Part shown: positions 25,929 through 37,700 of the stretch, piece after piece
Numbering within the stretch: position 1 is the first letter of the stretch
Layout of the letters: each line of letters opens with the position of its first letter
NCBI GenBank assembly: GCA_043228905.1
Contig: JBHGNT010000002.1
Span: 14,694,001-14,758,000 of the forward strand
Length of the DNA: 64,000 nucleotides
Direction of reading: 5' to 3'
Source of the DNA: Azolla caroliniana
Lineage: Eukaryota > Plantae > Polypodiophyta
Translations under genes and position numbers: made by a program
Notes under the pieces: generated by a model
What the model was told of the DNA's origin: nothing
What the model saw: the letters and a program-made list of their open reading frames with translations, nothing else
Database searches by the model: none

Positions 25929-26741
25929 GTGTTACCTAATTGGATTCGCCTTCCAAAACTGCAAGGTAATATGTTTCAAAAAATTCAGAAAGTGCTTTAC
26001 TTTGGGTTGCCCAACCAATGTTTTTCTTGTAAAAAAATTGGTCATTTAGCAAAAGATTGTTTGATTGTCCATGGGAAGCCTATTGTAGCTATGCATAAGC
26101 AAAATAATAATGTGGTCACTTCACTGGTGCCTCATGAAACTCAACAAGTAAAGGGTTTTGATATATTGTTAGATAAAGTGGGTAAGGGAAAAGGTGTTGA
26201 TATGAGTTGTTCCAATGTCCCTCAATTTGCACTATCGGAAGGTAGTATGGACACGTTGAGGCAAGATTTAGGAATGTCGATTTCTGCTCCATCTTTGGAG
26301 ATCATTCCAGCCATTCCTCCTCCCTTAGTGTTGCCTGAATGTAGTATGGACGCTTTGCAAAAAGATGTAGTTATGCCGGTTTCCGTTTCCTCTTTGGAAA
26401 TTGTTCCAGTCATTGACTCAATGCTAGAACAAGATCCGACGAAAGTTAAGGCGTTAGTTCAGAAAATGATAACATCGTTTCAACATAATGATGCAAAGGT
26501 AAATGCTCGATCATATTCAGATGTTTTGCAGACAGGGGTGGGGCAATCACCGTATGTTTTTGCATCTGCAAAGGATACTATAGAAGCGCTTGGGAATAAC
26601 AAAAATAGGGTATATAAAGACCATCGTGTGTTAGTCAAGGATTTCCGTGTGGAAAAAAGAATAACAAGAGCAGTAACTTCATCTCAAAAGGAGAGACAAG
26701 TGGTTTTGACTGATAAGAGGTCTTCTCCATCTCAATCTTGA
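25929..26741 (+). CDS. LINE ORF1 C-terminal portion (5'-truncated) with zinc knuckle
   Basis: CFSCKKIGHLAKDC; stop codon lies 1 nt before the ORF2 ATG. Confidence 0.82.
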   Translation: MLPNWIRLPKLQGNMFQKIQKVLYFGLPNQCFSCKKIGHLAKDCLIVHGKPIVAMHKQNNNVVTSLVPHETQQVKGFDILLDKVGKGKGVDMSCSNVPQFALSEGSMDTLRQDLGMSISAPSLEIIPAIPPPLVLPECSMDALQKDVVMPVSVSSLEIVPVIDSMLEQDPTKVKALVQKMITSFQHNDAKVNARSYSDVLQTGVGQSPYVFASAKDTIEALGNNKNRVYKDHRVLVKDFRVEKRITRAVTSSQKERQVVLTDKRSSPSQS

Positions 26742-26742
26742 T

Positions 26743-29700
26743 ATGTATTATTTTAATATTTTATCTTGGAACCTTCAAGGGTTAGGTACGAGTCGTTGTA
26801 ATAGAGTAAGATGTTACTTGAATCAAGAATTATCTTTACCTTCAATAGGTCAACTTGATATGCTATGCTTTCAAGAACACCATCTTAATTCACAAAGGAT
26901 AGCATCGAATAGAAATTTACTACGTGGTAATTGGATTTATGAATGGGTTCCGGCTTTTGGACCATCTGGTACTCAAGGTGGCCTTTGTATCGCACTTAAA
27001 ATGCAATGGCAGTCTAATGTACAAGCTAAAGGAGTATTGTTTGGTGGTAGAGTTCAATATATGCTTATTCATATCTCCGGAAAATTGATTGGTTTTTTGA
27101 ATGTATATGCTCCGAATTCTGTTACTGGAAGAATTCGTTTGTGGAACAAGTTATTGCAAGATCTTCCTGTGGCACAACATTGGTGCATGTGTGGTGATTG
27201 GAACATGATTGAAAGCCCTAGTGATAGATTAGGTGGATCTTCTACTACTATATCGGGTTTAGAATTGCGTGAGTGGGAAAAGTTAATTTTCAAATATGAA
27301 GTTACTGATTTGTGGCATATTCCAACCTTCTCTCGCATGCCCGATTCCTTGTTATACTCACGTTCCAATCGAAGAAGTGTTGCTCTTAATCTGTTGAGAA
27401 TAGATAGGTTTTATGCAGATTCTTTTTTTTGGGATCGTGGAGGATATGTGGGTATTATATCAGGCACTTCGTTCTCAGATCATGCCCCGATTATGCTCAA
27501 ATTCTGTATGAACAGCCATACTTCTATTTCTCGATTGTATGTGCCAAGGTTTATTGTTGATGATATGAGTTTGCAGAATACAGTTTTGTCAATTTGGAGA
27601 ATGGCTGTAGGGGATTCTAATTGTCAAAAATTACAGAATGCTCTTCTCGCAATTTCCAACTTCTTTATACAACAAGTTAAGTTAAAACAAAGTAGCTACA
27701 CTAGAAAATTGCTGAATGCTAAGAGAGGTTTGGCTTCTCTTCAAATTTTGCAAGAAAAACAGCCTCATTCTCAATATATTCATTGTGAATTACAGAATGT
27801 TATGATGCTTATTTCTTTTCTGCAACAAAAACGTGCTCAATTTTTTCTTCATGCATCTGCAGCAAGATGGTGTACAAAAGGAGACACCATGTCAAAATTC
27901 TTTTTCCAACATGTTACGCCTAAAAGAAATAAAATTCAGATTGTACAATTGAAAAGATCTGATGGTACAGTTACTATGGATAAAGATGAAATGAGTAACA
28001 TTGTTGCCACTTATTATGAGTCGTTGTTATCAGTAGATACTCCAAGTGTTGAAACTCAACAAATGCGCCAAAAAGTATGGGCTGTTACTGTGGTTAAGGT
28101 AACATCTCGGATATCTCTTCAGCTTCTTTGTCCATTTTCATCCTTTGAAATATTACAAGCTATTAAAGGTGTTGGGCCAGATGTGTCCCCGGGAGTAGAT
28201 GGAATGGGAAGAGATTTTTTCATTACATATTGGGACTTGATTGCCGAAGATCTATTGGCAACATTTCAAGAAATGTTCAATACAGGTATTATGCCACAAA
28301 AGTGGAAAGAGGGATTAATATGCCTCATTCCGAAAGGTGAGGTTGTTACGGATGAGGTGAAGGGTTGGCGGCCCATTACTTTATTGAATACAATTTACAA
28401 AATCTATGCTAAGTTATTGGCTTTGAGATTACAACCTTTTCTTTCAGAGATTGTGCATGACTCACAGACGGGATTTATGCAAGAACGTAGTATTTTTGAC
28501 AATATTTTTTTGTTTTGGGAATTAACAGGGATGGCAATGAAAACTAAAGAAGATCTAGCGGTACTTTTATTAGATTTTGAGAAGGCATATGATAGAGTTG
28601 ATTGGGACTTCATGGAAGGTTCATTATTGAGATTAGGTTTTCCTGCGCAGTGGATTAGGGCTGTAGCTTCCTTGTATCGTGAGGCCTTTAGTTCAGTGTT
28701 GGTCGCCGGTGGGCAAACTAGAAAATTTTCTATCTCGCGTTCGGTTCGTCAAGGTTGTCCATTGGCCCCATTCCTGCTTTTGCTAGTTATGGAAACATTC
28801 TCAATGTATTTAAACTCCTCTCAAGTTGCTTTGAAGGGTTTGCCTTTGCCTGCCACGCAACAACAAATGTTGGATGCAGAATTTGCAGATGATACTGCAA
28901 TTTATGTTCAAGGTAATGATGAAAATTTAAGTAAATTGCAAGAAGTAGTGGAGGAATTTTGTTTGGCCTCTGGAGCAAAGATAAATTGGCATAAATCTCT
29001 TGGCTTTTGGGTGTCACAAAATTCCTTGCCTAATTGGATGCCTTCGCAGGAATTCAAGTGGGTTCCTAATGGAACCACTACTCGTTACTTAGGCTGTCAA
29101 GTGGGACTTCATGTTACTGCAGATATGTTAGTTGCTCCTCTACTTGTAAAATTAAGAAGAAAATTGTTGCTTTGGGATTCGGTTAACCTGTCACTTGCAG
29201 GTCGTATACTTGTAGCTAACCAAGTGTTGTTATCGACTATTTGGTATGTTGCTTCAATTACATTGTTTGCTAGATCATGTATTTTACAGGTGCAACGCCT
29301 CATTCGTAACTACATTTGGGGAGGGAAAATAGGTCAAGGTAAAAGGCCTAAAGTAGCTTGGGCAGTATTGATTGCTCCACGACAAAATGGTGGGATGGGG
29401 CTGGTAGATCCAGATGCACAGTGTAAGGCTTTGCTTTCTAAATTTGTGTGCAGAGCTATGCTGCCAATGCAAGGTGTTTGGAGTCGTTTGATGATGCATA
29501 GGTTGTCTACTATGTGCCCATCAATAGGAGGAAAGTGGCAACCATCTTTAAGATGGGGTTTTATTCAGAATTTTCATTTGTTTAAAACAACCTTATTAGA
29601 AGATAGGTTTTTTAATGGAATTCTCACAAGTTGGTCAGCTGTCAAAAAGTTTCTAATTCGGAAGGTACCTTCGCCAACGGATGACTTGTTGAGACAACCC

Positions 29701-31080
29701 TTGATCTGGAACTTTCTCTTTTCAGATTCAAGGGGTTTTCTGCTTGGTAGCCGTCCTCGGTTGAATTGGGCTTCTATGGATGCATCAATAGCAGGTAATG
29801 TTCAAGCATGGGGATACTATGTTATGAATCAACAGTTACAACCTTTGTCGAGGCCTTCAGTTCGAGGAAGTGCTATTATGTGCGATAATATGCAAGTGGC
29901 ATTGGGACAATTTATGGCTTCATGGTCCCCCTCTAGCAATCAGATTTGGTTTGGTTATTTCTCTCCTCTAAAAGTGATTTTAGGAGCTAAAGTAACTAAC
30001 ACTATGGGTGATGTAATATACTTTAATGTGGATGATGATGGTAGGTTGTGGCATGTATTTTCTGAATCAGATGTGTGGATATCCGCCAATGTTTCAGCGA
30101 TTCGAGTAGTTGCAAGATCGGGAAAAAAATGGCTCTTGGATCCACCATTTCAAGAATGCTTACGGTGTTGTTCGTTGTGGGTTTTTCAAAAAAAGCCGCT
30201 TTATAATTTGGATTGGGATCCAGCTGATTATCAATGGAAAAAACCGAATGCTAATGGAAATGGTAAACACTTAGAGTTCTTTCAGTATTCAGTTAAGTTA
30301 GGTAGAAATTTATTATTGCAATCAAAGTATAAATGCCCGGCTGCCATGAAGCATTGGATTGCAAATAATGTGAATGAACTACAACTTACAAAATTTGGGA
30401 AATGGTTGTGGAGTATGCAGTTGCCGAAAAAAGTTATTTGTTTTCGTTGGTTGTTGATACATTATGCTCTTCCTGTTGGTGATTGGTTGAGGCAAAATCA
30501 GCAATATGCTTGTGGAATGCATTGTGGTGAATCTACGGAATCTATTTTGCATTTGTTTTGGATGTGTCCCAAAATCAAGCAATTCTGGAGTAAGTTGTTT
30601 TTATTACTACGAAACCACTATGCTCGTTCTACTTTCTCGTGGGGTGCAGTATTATGGGGTGTCCTTCATGGAGATGTTATGAATTACGAACGTATGCATG
30701 CTTCTCATGTTTTTTACTTTTCCAATGGGTACATCTATCTCACTTCATTTCCATCTGTTATTCCTCGGTTTAGAACTGAAAATCTGGTTATTTGGCGTAC
30801 TGTTACGTCACTAGCGCTGTGGACAATATGGAAAACGAGATGCGATGTTGTTTTTAATAATGCTCACATACATCTCAATAATATGCTTATTGAATTCTGG
30901 TGGTTATTTGTCCACACCATACGTGGACAATATGATGATTTGCAGGGTACAACTGATGCTCAAAGGCAACGTCAAGTGGACTTTAAGAAACGGTGGCGAG
31001 GGCTTCACTTATTTTCAGATACGTCTCCTGGTATGAAGTGGAATTATTCCATTCCTCCTTTTTTATTGCATAGCTTGTAG
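26743..31080 (+). CDS. LINE ORF2: APE endonuclease, reverse transcriptase, C-terminal Cys/His domain (1445 aa, intact)
   Basis: SWNLQG, QEHH, NVYAP, GDWN, SDHAP; WRPITLLN, LDFEKAYD, RQGCPLAP, FADD, YLG; C..C..ES.LHLFW.C. Confidence 0.96.
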   Translation: MYYFNILSWNLQGLGTSRCNRVRCYLNQELSLPSIGQLDMLCFQEHHLNSQRIASNRNLLRGNWIYEWVPAFGPSGTQGGLCIALKMQWQSNVQAKGVLFGGRVQYMLIHISGKLIGFLNVYAPNSVTGRIRLWNKLLQDLPVAQHWCMCGDWNMIESPSDRLGGSSTTISGLELREWEKLIFKYEVTDLWHIPTFSRMPDSLLYSRSNRRSVALNLLRIDRFYADSFFWDRGGYVGIISGTSFSDHAPIMLKFCMNSHTSISRLYVPRFIVDDMSLQNTVLSIWRMAVGDSNCQKLQNALLAISNFFIQQVKLKQSSYTRKLLNAKRGLASLQILQEKQPHSQYIHCELQNVMMLISFLQQKRAQFFLHASAARWCTKGDTMSKFFFQHVTPKRNKIQIVQLKRSDGTVTMDKDEMSNIVATYYESLLSVDTPSVETQQMRQKVWAVTVVKVTSRISLQLLCPFSSFEILQAIKGVGPDVSPGVDGMGRDFFITYWDLIAEDLLATFQEMFNTGIMPQKWKEGLICLIPKGEVVTDEVKGWRPITLLNTIYKIYAKLLALRLQPFLSEIVHDSQTGFMQERSIFDNIFLFWELTGMAMKTKEDLAVLLLDFEKAYDRVDWDFMEGSLLRLGFPAQWIRAVASLYREAFSSVLVAGGQTRKFSISRSVRQGCPLAPFLLLLVMETFSMYLNSSQVALKGLPLPATQQQMLDAEFADDTAIYVQGNDENLSKLQEVVEEFCLASGAKINWHKSLGFWVSQNSLPNWMPSQEFKWVPNGTTTRYLGCQVGLHVTADMLVAPLLVKLRRKLLLWDSVNLSLAGRILVANQVLLSTIWYVASITLFARSCILQVQRLIRNYIWGGKIGQGKRPKVAWAVLIAPRQNGGMGLVDPDAQCKALLSKFVCRAMLPMQGVWSRLMMHRLSTMCPSIGGKWQPSLRWGFIQNFHLFKTTLLEDRFFNGILTSWSAVKKFLIRKVPSPTDDLLRQPLIWNFLFSDSRGFLLGSRPRLNWASMDASIAGNVQAWGYYVMNQQLQPLSRPSVRGSAIMCDNMQVALGQFMASWSPSSNQIWFGYFSPLKVILGAKVTNTMGDVIYFNVDDDGRLWHVFSESDVWISANVSAIRVVARSGKKWLLDPPFQECLRCCSLWVFQKKPLYNLDWDPADYQWKKPNANGNGKHLEFFQYSVKLGRNLLLQSKYKCPAAMKHWIANNVNELQLTKFGKWLWSMQLPKKVICFRWLLIHYALPVGDWLRQNQQYACGMHCGESTESILHLFWMCPKIKQFWSKLFLLLRNHYARSTFSWGAVLWGVLHGDVMNYERMHASHVFYFSNGYIYLTSFPSVIPRFRTENLVIWRTVTSLALWTIWKTRCDVVFNNAHIHLNNMLIEFWWLFVHTIRGQYDDLQGTTDAQRQRQVDFKKRWRGLHLFSDTSPGMKWNYSIPPFLLHSL

Positions 31081-31533
31081 ATGGTGTTCCATTTGTTCCT
31101 ATTGTGATATCATCTGTATCATCAGATGTTGGTATTAGGTTTTGTATTACAATAGAGGTGAGATGAAATGTCTCCCTCTGTTTTCTATATGTACATTTCT
31201 CAAGTAATTTACTAAGGTGTATCTTTTTAAAAAAAAAAAAATTAACACTTGAAGATTAAGACAATGCGCTTTATTAATTATCTGCTCCTGATTACATTGT
31301 AACCAGGCCTTTATATAGGTCTCCGGTGCGAAATACAAAATGGTGCCAACCGGCACCTTTACGGAATTGTTCCAGATCCAGATCGGCATACCGATTCCGG
31401 TCCGTCCGTCCACATCTTCTTATATAATAATATGTATATAATAAGACTACTAATTACAACAGTTCCCAAATAACTATTCCTTTCACACTCTGGTTTGGAC
31501 CTCCTTAAGCCTTCTTTGCCGGCCGGTAACACA

Positions 31534-31577
31534 TGGCACGCCCGTGGGACAGTACCTTGTACGTCGAACCCACTATC
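31534..31577 (+). other. Bipartite tRNA-Arg-complementary site at the position where the PPT should be
   Basis: TGGCACGCCCGTGGGAC (31534-31550), a 13 nt spacer, then TCGAACCCACTATC (31564-31577); begins 2 nt from the LTR end. Confidence 0.7.
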
Positions 31578-34459
31578 CGGCCCTTTTAGGCTTCGTCCAA
31601 AATGTCCAGAATGCTTTGCTCCAAAATTTCCAATGGCTCCTCGGGAATCTGTTGTTGCTACTGTGGTTGCTGCTGTTGTTCCGTTTGTGGTTGTGGCTGC
31701 TGCTCCGTTTGTCGCTCTGGCACCGGCGTTTCCGTCGTTGGTTCCTCCATCGGAGTTGGCTGTGGCTGACTGACCCCGGCTTGTTCCCCCTCCGGTCTTT
31801 GCACCGGCGACAGTTCCTCATCACTAAGGTTGATCGTTGCCGCCTTTCGCGCTTTTTCTTCCCGGAGCCGGGACCGCTCATAGCTTTCGAACTGGATTTG
31901 AGCCTCCAGCCGATCATCGTCCAGTTGAGCTACGAGCTGCCGGACCTGCACCAATTGTTCATCCGCGAGGGCTGTGAAATCTTCCGCCAGCTCGTCCTTG
32001 ATGGTGGTGAAGTCCTCCGAGGTCAGCATATAGCAGTTGTCGCCCTCCTTTCGCCGGTTTTCAACATCCGTCCTAAGCAATTGGAGTTCCGCCGTATTCT
32101 GCTCCCATTTTGCCCACCAACGCATAGAGGTGTCATCAATCAAGCTTTTGGTTTTAGTGAGCCATGACCGGAGGATGCATTGGATCCGTTCGGCTCCCAT
32201 CTATGATTTATTTTCCACGGCTTGTCGCTCTTCCTTCAACTGCTTGATGATCCGAACCGTGTCCGCCTCCTGCTCCCTATAATGCGACAATTGAGTTTGA
32301 TAGGTTGTTTGCAACCTCTGTAGTATCATTGTCGCTCTTTCCTTGTCTTCATGGTTCTGTTTGTGGAGCTCCATCCGGTCATTCGCCGTTTCCTCCAATA
32401 GCCTGGAACTTTCCGCTCGTTCTTCGGCGAGTGCCGTTGTGGCCCTATCAACCTCTTGTCGGAGCTTGGCCATCTGTTCCTGTTGTTGCTTATGCTTTGT
32501 CTCCAGCTGCTTGTAGTCCCGATGCAGATGATCGAAATCGTCGGTCTTCTACTTCAGTCGTTGGTTGATCTGACGGCGCGCACGGTCCTCCCTGTCCTTC
32601 TGTTGACGGAGCTCTTCCTTCAGCCTCTCTATTTCCGTCGCAGCTTGTCTTTTTCCTACAACACTTTCTCTTTTTCCTCCTTCAGCCGGTCGTAAGCATG
32701 ATGTCCTTTACGCAGGTTTTCCTCTGTCCGGCAAAGGCTCTCAGCAGTCTTTCTTAATTCTTCTTCGGCCACCTTCTTCAAGTCGCGTTCGCGGCTCCGT
32801 AATGCTTCTTGTGCGGCGAGCTCATCTCGTAATTCCACAAGCTCTTGGGCTTGCCTGCCTCTTTCTCTGGGACAGTTTGTGTCTCCGGGGTCTTATTCTT
32901 CTGTACATCGACCGAAGTCACCGGTGCTTGGATCTGTGTTGCGGTTAAGGCCATTTTGGCCATATCTCCTGTGATCCGATCCATGTCTTGTTCTAGCCAC
33001 CGGATCCTTGACCAGACCATCTCCAGTTCATCGGTTGTGACGAGCAACCGTTCCGTTTGCGCTCTTTCCTCCGCCTCTATGCATCCGACTACTCCGGCAA
33101 TTTGGTCTCCTATCCACCGGAGCCATTGGCTGCCGGTGCACTGTTGTTGCGCTTGCACGAAGAGTTGGCTGATGGGTTCACTCGCCAGTGGCTGGTCCCG
33201 CCTTTCTTCGTCAAGTTGCGCTTCAGGTTCTGCCAGCTGATCACTTTGTCGTTCCGGCTCTGAGTGTGTTTCGGTTAGTCGCCCCTTGTTTGCTTGTTCT
33301 TGGCCGGCTGGGGCGGTTGGCCTTTGTATCTCCGGCTCTTGGGTGACAGGGCTTGCCAGTGCCGCCTGTTGTGTCGGGACTTCTGTGACCGGTTCCATCC
33401 GAACCGGTTCAGGTGCCTCCCTTGGCATGGGTTGCTCAGCGTGAGTTGCGGGTGTTCCATCCTTCTATGGGTCCGAACGCTTCCCGGCTGATTCTGCGGT
33501 GCTCTTCACTGGCCGCCGCTGGAGGTGCTCCGTGGGTTCTTCCTCCATCTCTTCCGCCTGAGTCCCGACATTCATTCTTGCCGCCAAGGTGTCTGTTTCC
33601 TGTTGCCCCGGTGGAGTGGACTCTTCAAGGCCCGTGCCGGTGTCTCCTCGTGCGTGTTCGTCGGTCGTTTCCGGCTTACGCGCTCCTTCGCCGCCTTCTC
33701 TGCTTCTGCAGTCTTCCCCTTAGTGGCCTTGGAGGCCAACAGTTGTTGCCGTTTTGAAGCAGGTTTCGGGGTGCTGTCTGTTGCTCTTCCCTGCTTCTTG
33801 GTTTGGACGGGCTCGACCGGTGGCGCCAACAGGGTGAGCCATTGTGTCACCGCGTGCCATATTTTCCGACCTTCCTTGCCGTCCTTTCCTCTTACTATAT
33901 CAATCGCCGTACACAGCCCGTCAGCGATCAGCACCGGCCAATCCACCTTGACCCCTTCGTAAGTCGCAATGATCAAGCCTACTCGGTTCTGAGGCATGAC
34001 AAGGGGTCGAGGGTACACGTGGACGAACTTGTGGAGCACACGGGCAATTTCTCGGAATAGCATATCTTCACCGCCCTGTGTCCTATAGCCCTTGCTGGCT
34101 AGCGAGTACTCACCGAAATATTTGATGAGTTGCTCGGGGGTAGGGTTGTCGATCGTTTAGATACCTCCCTCCAGAAGGCCTATTAACGTACGGATCGCCT
34201 CCTCCATGATCACCTTCGTGTGGATTTCTTTTATAATCTTCTCAGCCTCCTTGTGTGGTGCCGCCTCCATGATCGTTAAGAAACCCTCCAGACCGTGCTG
34301 CCGTAACCATTTCTTGGCAGCTTCAGACAGCGTTTGGCAATCCATCTCTGTGTCGAGGTCGGGGAGCGTTGGAGAGGTGTGATGGTGGGGAGAATGTGAG
34401 AGAGAAAATTCTGAGGGAGGGGGTTCTCTGTGTGCGAGCTCTCTACGATTTATCTTCAC
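31573..34459 (-). pseudogene. Extra 3' ORF of the gypsy element (globular N-terminal domain, then long coiled coil and Gln/Pro tail), frameshifted
   Basis: Consecutive minus-strand ORF pieces 34459-34157, 34063-33572, 33428-32778, 32838-32656, 32473-32201, 32200-31658. Confidence 0.75.
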
Positions 34460-34753
34460 GCGTCGCTTTGCATCTGTTCTCCTTGGTTCACGATAGGAGA
34501 AGGTCTCAATGCGTGGGGGTTTTTCACTCTACATCTTGGCGCCTTTTTCGAGAGTCCGCATGTGCAGGTCGTGTACTATAATAGCATTGCGTGCCATGTG
34601 GTGGTGGTTTAATGTCCTATTCATAGTTCCTCGTACCTTTTCGACGTGCCTCTTTACTCCTCGTGTGCATGGCCGTTTCCACCACTCCTTTCCATGATTT
34701 ATTTGATTCACTCCTTTATTCTCTTTTTCTTTTTTCTTTTTTTTCTTGTGTGG

Positions 34754-37700
34754 TTAGTTTTTCTCCGGTCTTGTCGGACCCTTGCCCGAAGCGTGCAACT
34801 TGCCGGCCTCTTGACGGTTTGCCGTCGTTCTGCTCTCCTCGGTTGCCGGCTCATGCTCCTCCTTACTGGCTTGGTGGTAGCCGTCGTCTTCACCGGTTGC
34901 CGTTATGGTTGGCCTGTTGGCGTCTGATTTGGTGGTGGCCTTTCGTTCAAATGGGTTCTTAGGCATAGGTCCTTTGTATGGTTTTAGTCTAAATCCGTTG
35001 ATCCATTTGCCCAACACTTCTCCGGCAAGTGTCCCCAACTGGTAGGACCCATTGAACTCGCGTGTGATCCAGTACGGTCCGGTCCATCTAAACCGTAGTT
35101 TACCTGGCATTTTGCCCATCCGGGTCTGGAACACGAGTACCGGCTTGCCGGTCCCGAACATCTTCTCGTTTCCCTTCCGATGCCGATCTATAAATGCTTT
35201 CCGTCTCCATTGTTCCAATTCCAGGTGCATAATGCTCGCCAGTCGGTGTTCTTCCAGTTAGCACAAAGCCTTTAACCGAATTGCCTCTGATTCCTTTTCG
35301 TTCAATCGTTCCCGAATCTGAATCTGTAAGCTTGGTACCTGGAACTCGACCGGCATGACTGCCTCCAATCCGAATGCTAACCGGAACGGCGTTGTCCGGA
35401 TGCTTGTTTTGTACGCTGCCCGGTAAGCCGAGAGTGCACTGTGCAGCTTTGTGTCCCAATCTGTCCGATTTTCATTGACGATCTTCCGGAGGATATTCTG
35501 GAGTGTTTTGTTCGTCGACTCAGCTAACCCATTTGCTTGCGGATAGTACGGTGTGCTTCGTTTATTTACTACCGCATAGAACGTCGTCAAACTTTCTACC
35601 ACTTGTCCAAGAAAGTGCCCTCCTTGGTCGCTTATCAGCTCTATGGGGCATCCATACCAGCACCAAATGCATTCGTATAAAACTTTCGCCGTTGACGCCG
35701 CGGTGTTGTCTTGTAGGGCTTTCGCTTCCACCCACTTAGTGCAGTAATCCGTCGTGACGATCACGTACCGGTTGCCGGTTCTCATTGCCGGTGGTTTAAA
35801 TGGCCCGACGAAATCTAGCCCCCATTTCTGGAATGGTTCTAGTGGTAGGACTGGCTGGTGTGGCATCCGAGCTTGTTCCGTTGGCTGATCCATTCGTTGG
35901 AATAGATCACACTCCTTCGCATACCGGACTGCATCTTTTAATGTGGTTGGCCACCATAGGCCACTTTGCCATACTTTCCTTGCCGTCGCATCTCCGGCAT
36001 AATGGCCTCCGGCGACTCCGAATTGTGCCTCCCGTAGTATTACCTCCTTCTCGTCGCTGCGCACCGCTCGTCGCCAGATACCGTCCGCACCTTTGTGGTA
36101 TAGCGTGTACTGTAATAAACAGAAGTGTCGGCTCTGTACCGCCAGGCGTTTTCTCTCGTCCCGGTTCATCTCCTCCGGAGGCAATCCGGTACTCAAAAAC
36201 TGGTGCATATTAGTTAGCCACTTATCTTCTTGTGCCACCGTTTCATCTGTTGCCGTTTCCGTGGTGACTCGAAAAAGCTCTGCATCCGGAAACTCGTCTG
36301 GTACTCCGTCACCTGTCTCCCCGGAATCTAACCGGCTTAGATAATCAGCGACCGCATGCTGTATGCCGGGTCGGTGGAATATCTCGAATTCGAACTCTTG
36401 CAACAACAAAGTCCACTGGGCCAGCTTACCGGTAAGTGACGCTTTGGATACTAGGTAGAGGAGTGCCGAATGATCTACATGGAAGGAGAACTTTCTTCCC
36501 AATAAATAATGCCTGAATTTTGTTACACTATAGATCATTCCTAAAGCCTCCCTTTCCGTGGTAGAATAATTTCATTCCACTTGGGATAGCTTCCGGCTGG
36601 CATAGTAAACTGGCCGGTACCACCTTGGCTCGGTAAGCTGCATGCGCGTGCTGCCAATTGCGATATCGAAAGCATCCACGAACACATGAAACTCTTTACT
36701 CCAGCCCGGAGGCTGCACTACCGATGCTTGTGACAATAACAACTTTAGTGCTCGGTACGCCTTGTCTTCGATGTCGGTCCATTGGAATAGTGTTCGATGT
36801 ACTGCCGCATGCAGAGGTGTGGCCAGGTCCGCCAAAGATCGGAGCATACGGCTATGCCGGCGGATTTGTCCTAGGAAACGGCTCAATGCCTTTGCCATTG
36901 CTGGTGCCGGTGCTTCCCGATTGCTTTCACTTTGTCCGGATCTACGACAATGCCTTCCTTGCTCACTATATGCCCTAGTAGCGTTCCGCTGGATACTCCA
37001 AATACACATTTCGCTGGGTTCAGGCTTAGCCGGTACGCCCTGCACTTCTCTAAACCTAGTTTGAGATGCTGCAAATGATCTTCTTCTCTATTATAGACGG
37101 CGAGGTTGTCAAGGAACATCTGCATAAAAGCCGGTATGTATTCGCCAAAGATCTCCATGATGATCCGTTGGAATGTTGCTGGTGCCGTTTTCAACCTGAA
37201 CATCATCACCGCCGCAACAAACATTCCCCATTCGGTTACGAAAGCCGTTTTCTCTTGATCCTCAGGGTGCATCCGGATCTGATTATACCCGCTGAATCCG
37301 TCTAATAAACTGTAGAATTCATGGCCGGCGACGGCATCCAAAACTCCATCCTTAAATGGAAGTGGAAATGCATCCGTTACCGTTGATGCATTGAGCTTCC
37401 GGTAGTCGACACAAACTCTAATTTTGCCATTCTTTTTCGGTACGACTACAATCGGGCTTAGCCATGTAGATTTCTTTATGGGACGGATGAAGCCGACCCT
37501 CAGTAATTTGTCGATCACCTCCTTGACTTTGGCGGCGTAGTTTGGGTTCATCCGATATCGACGCTGTGCCACCGGCCTGGCGTCTTTGCTCAGATGTATC
37601 TGGTGTTGATACAACTAAGGATCCAGACCTCTCATATCCTCGTACGACCAGGCAAAGACGTCATGAAACTCGTTGAGGAGTGTAATTATCGCCGTTTTGT

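Larger units (their letters stand above)
25926..31241 (+). mobile_element. 5'-truncated L1-clade LINE
   Basis: Poly(A) at 31229-31241; TSD TTAACACTTGAAGAT at 25911-25925 and 31242-31256; removing it restores the host LTR. Confidence 0.96.

Noticed and set aside
31534-31600. Genuine tRNA gene or tRNA-derived SINE
   Set aside because: Only the 3' half is present, it is split by 13 nt and includes CCA; no D-arm/A box or poly(T) terminator. Treated as a primer-related site.
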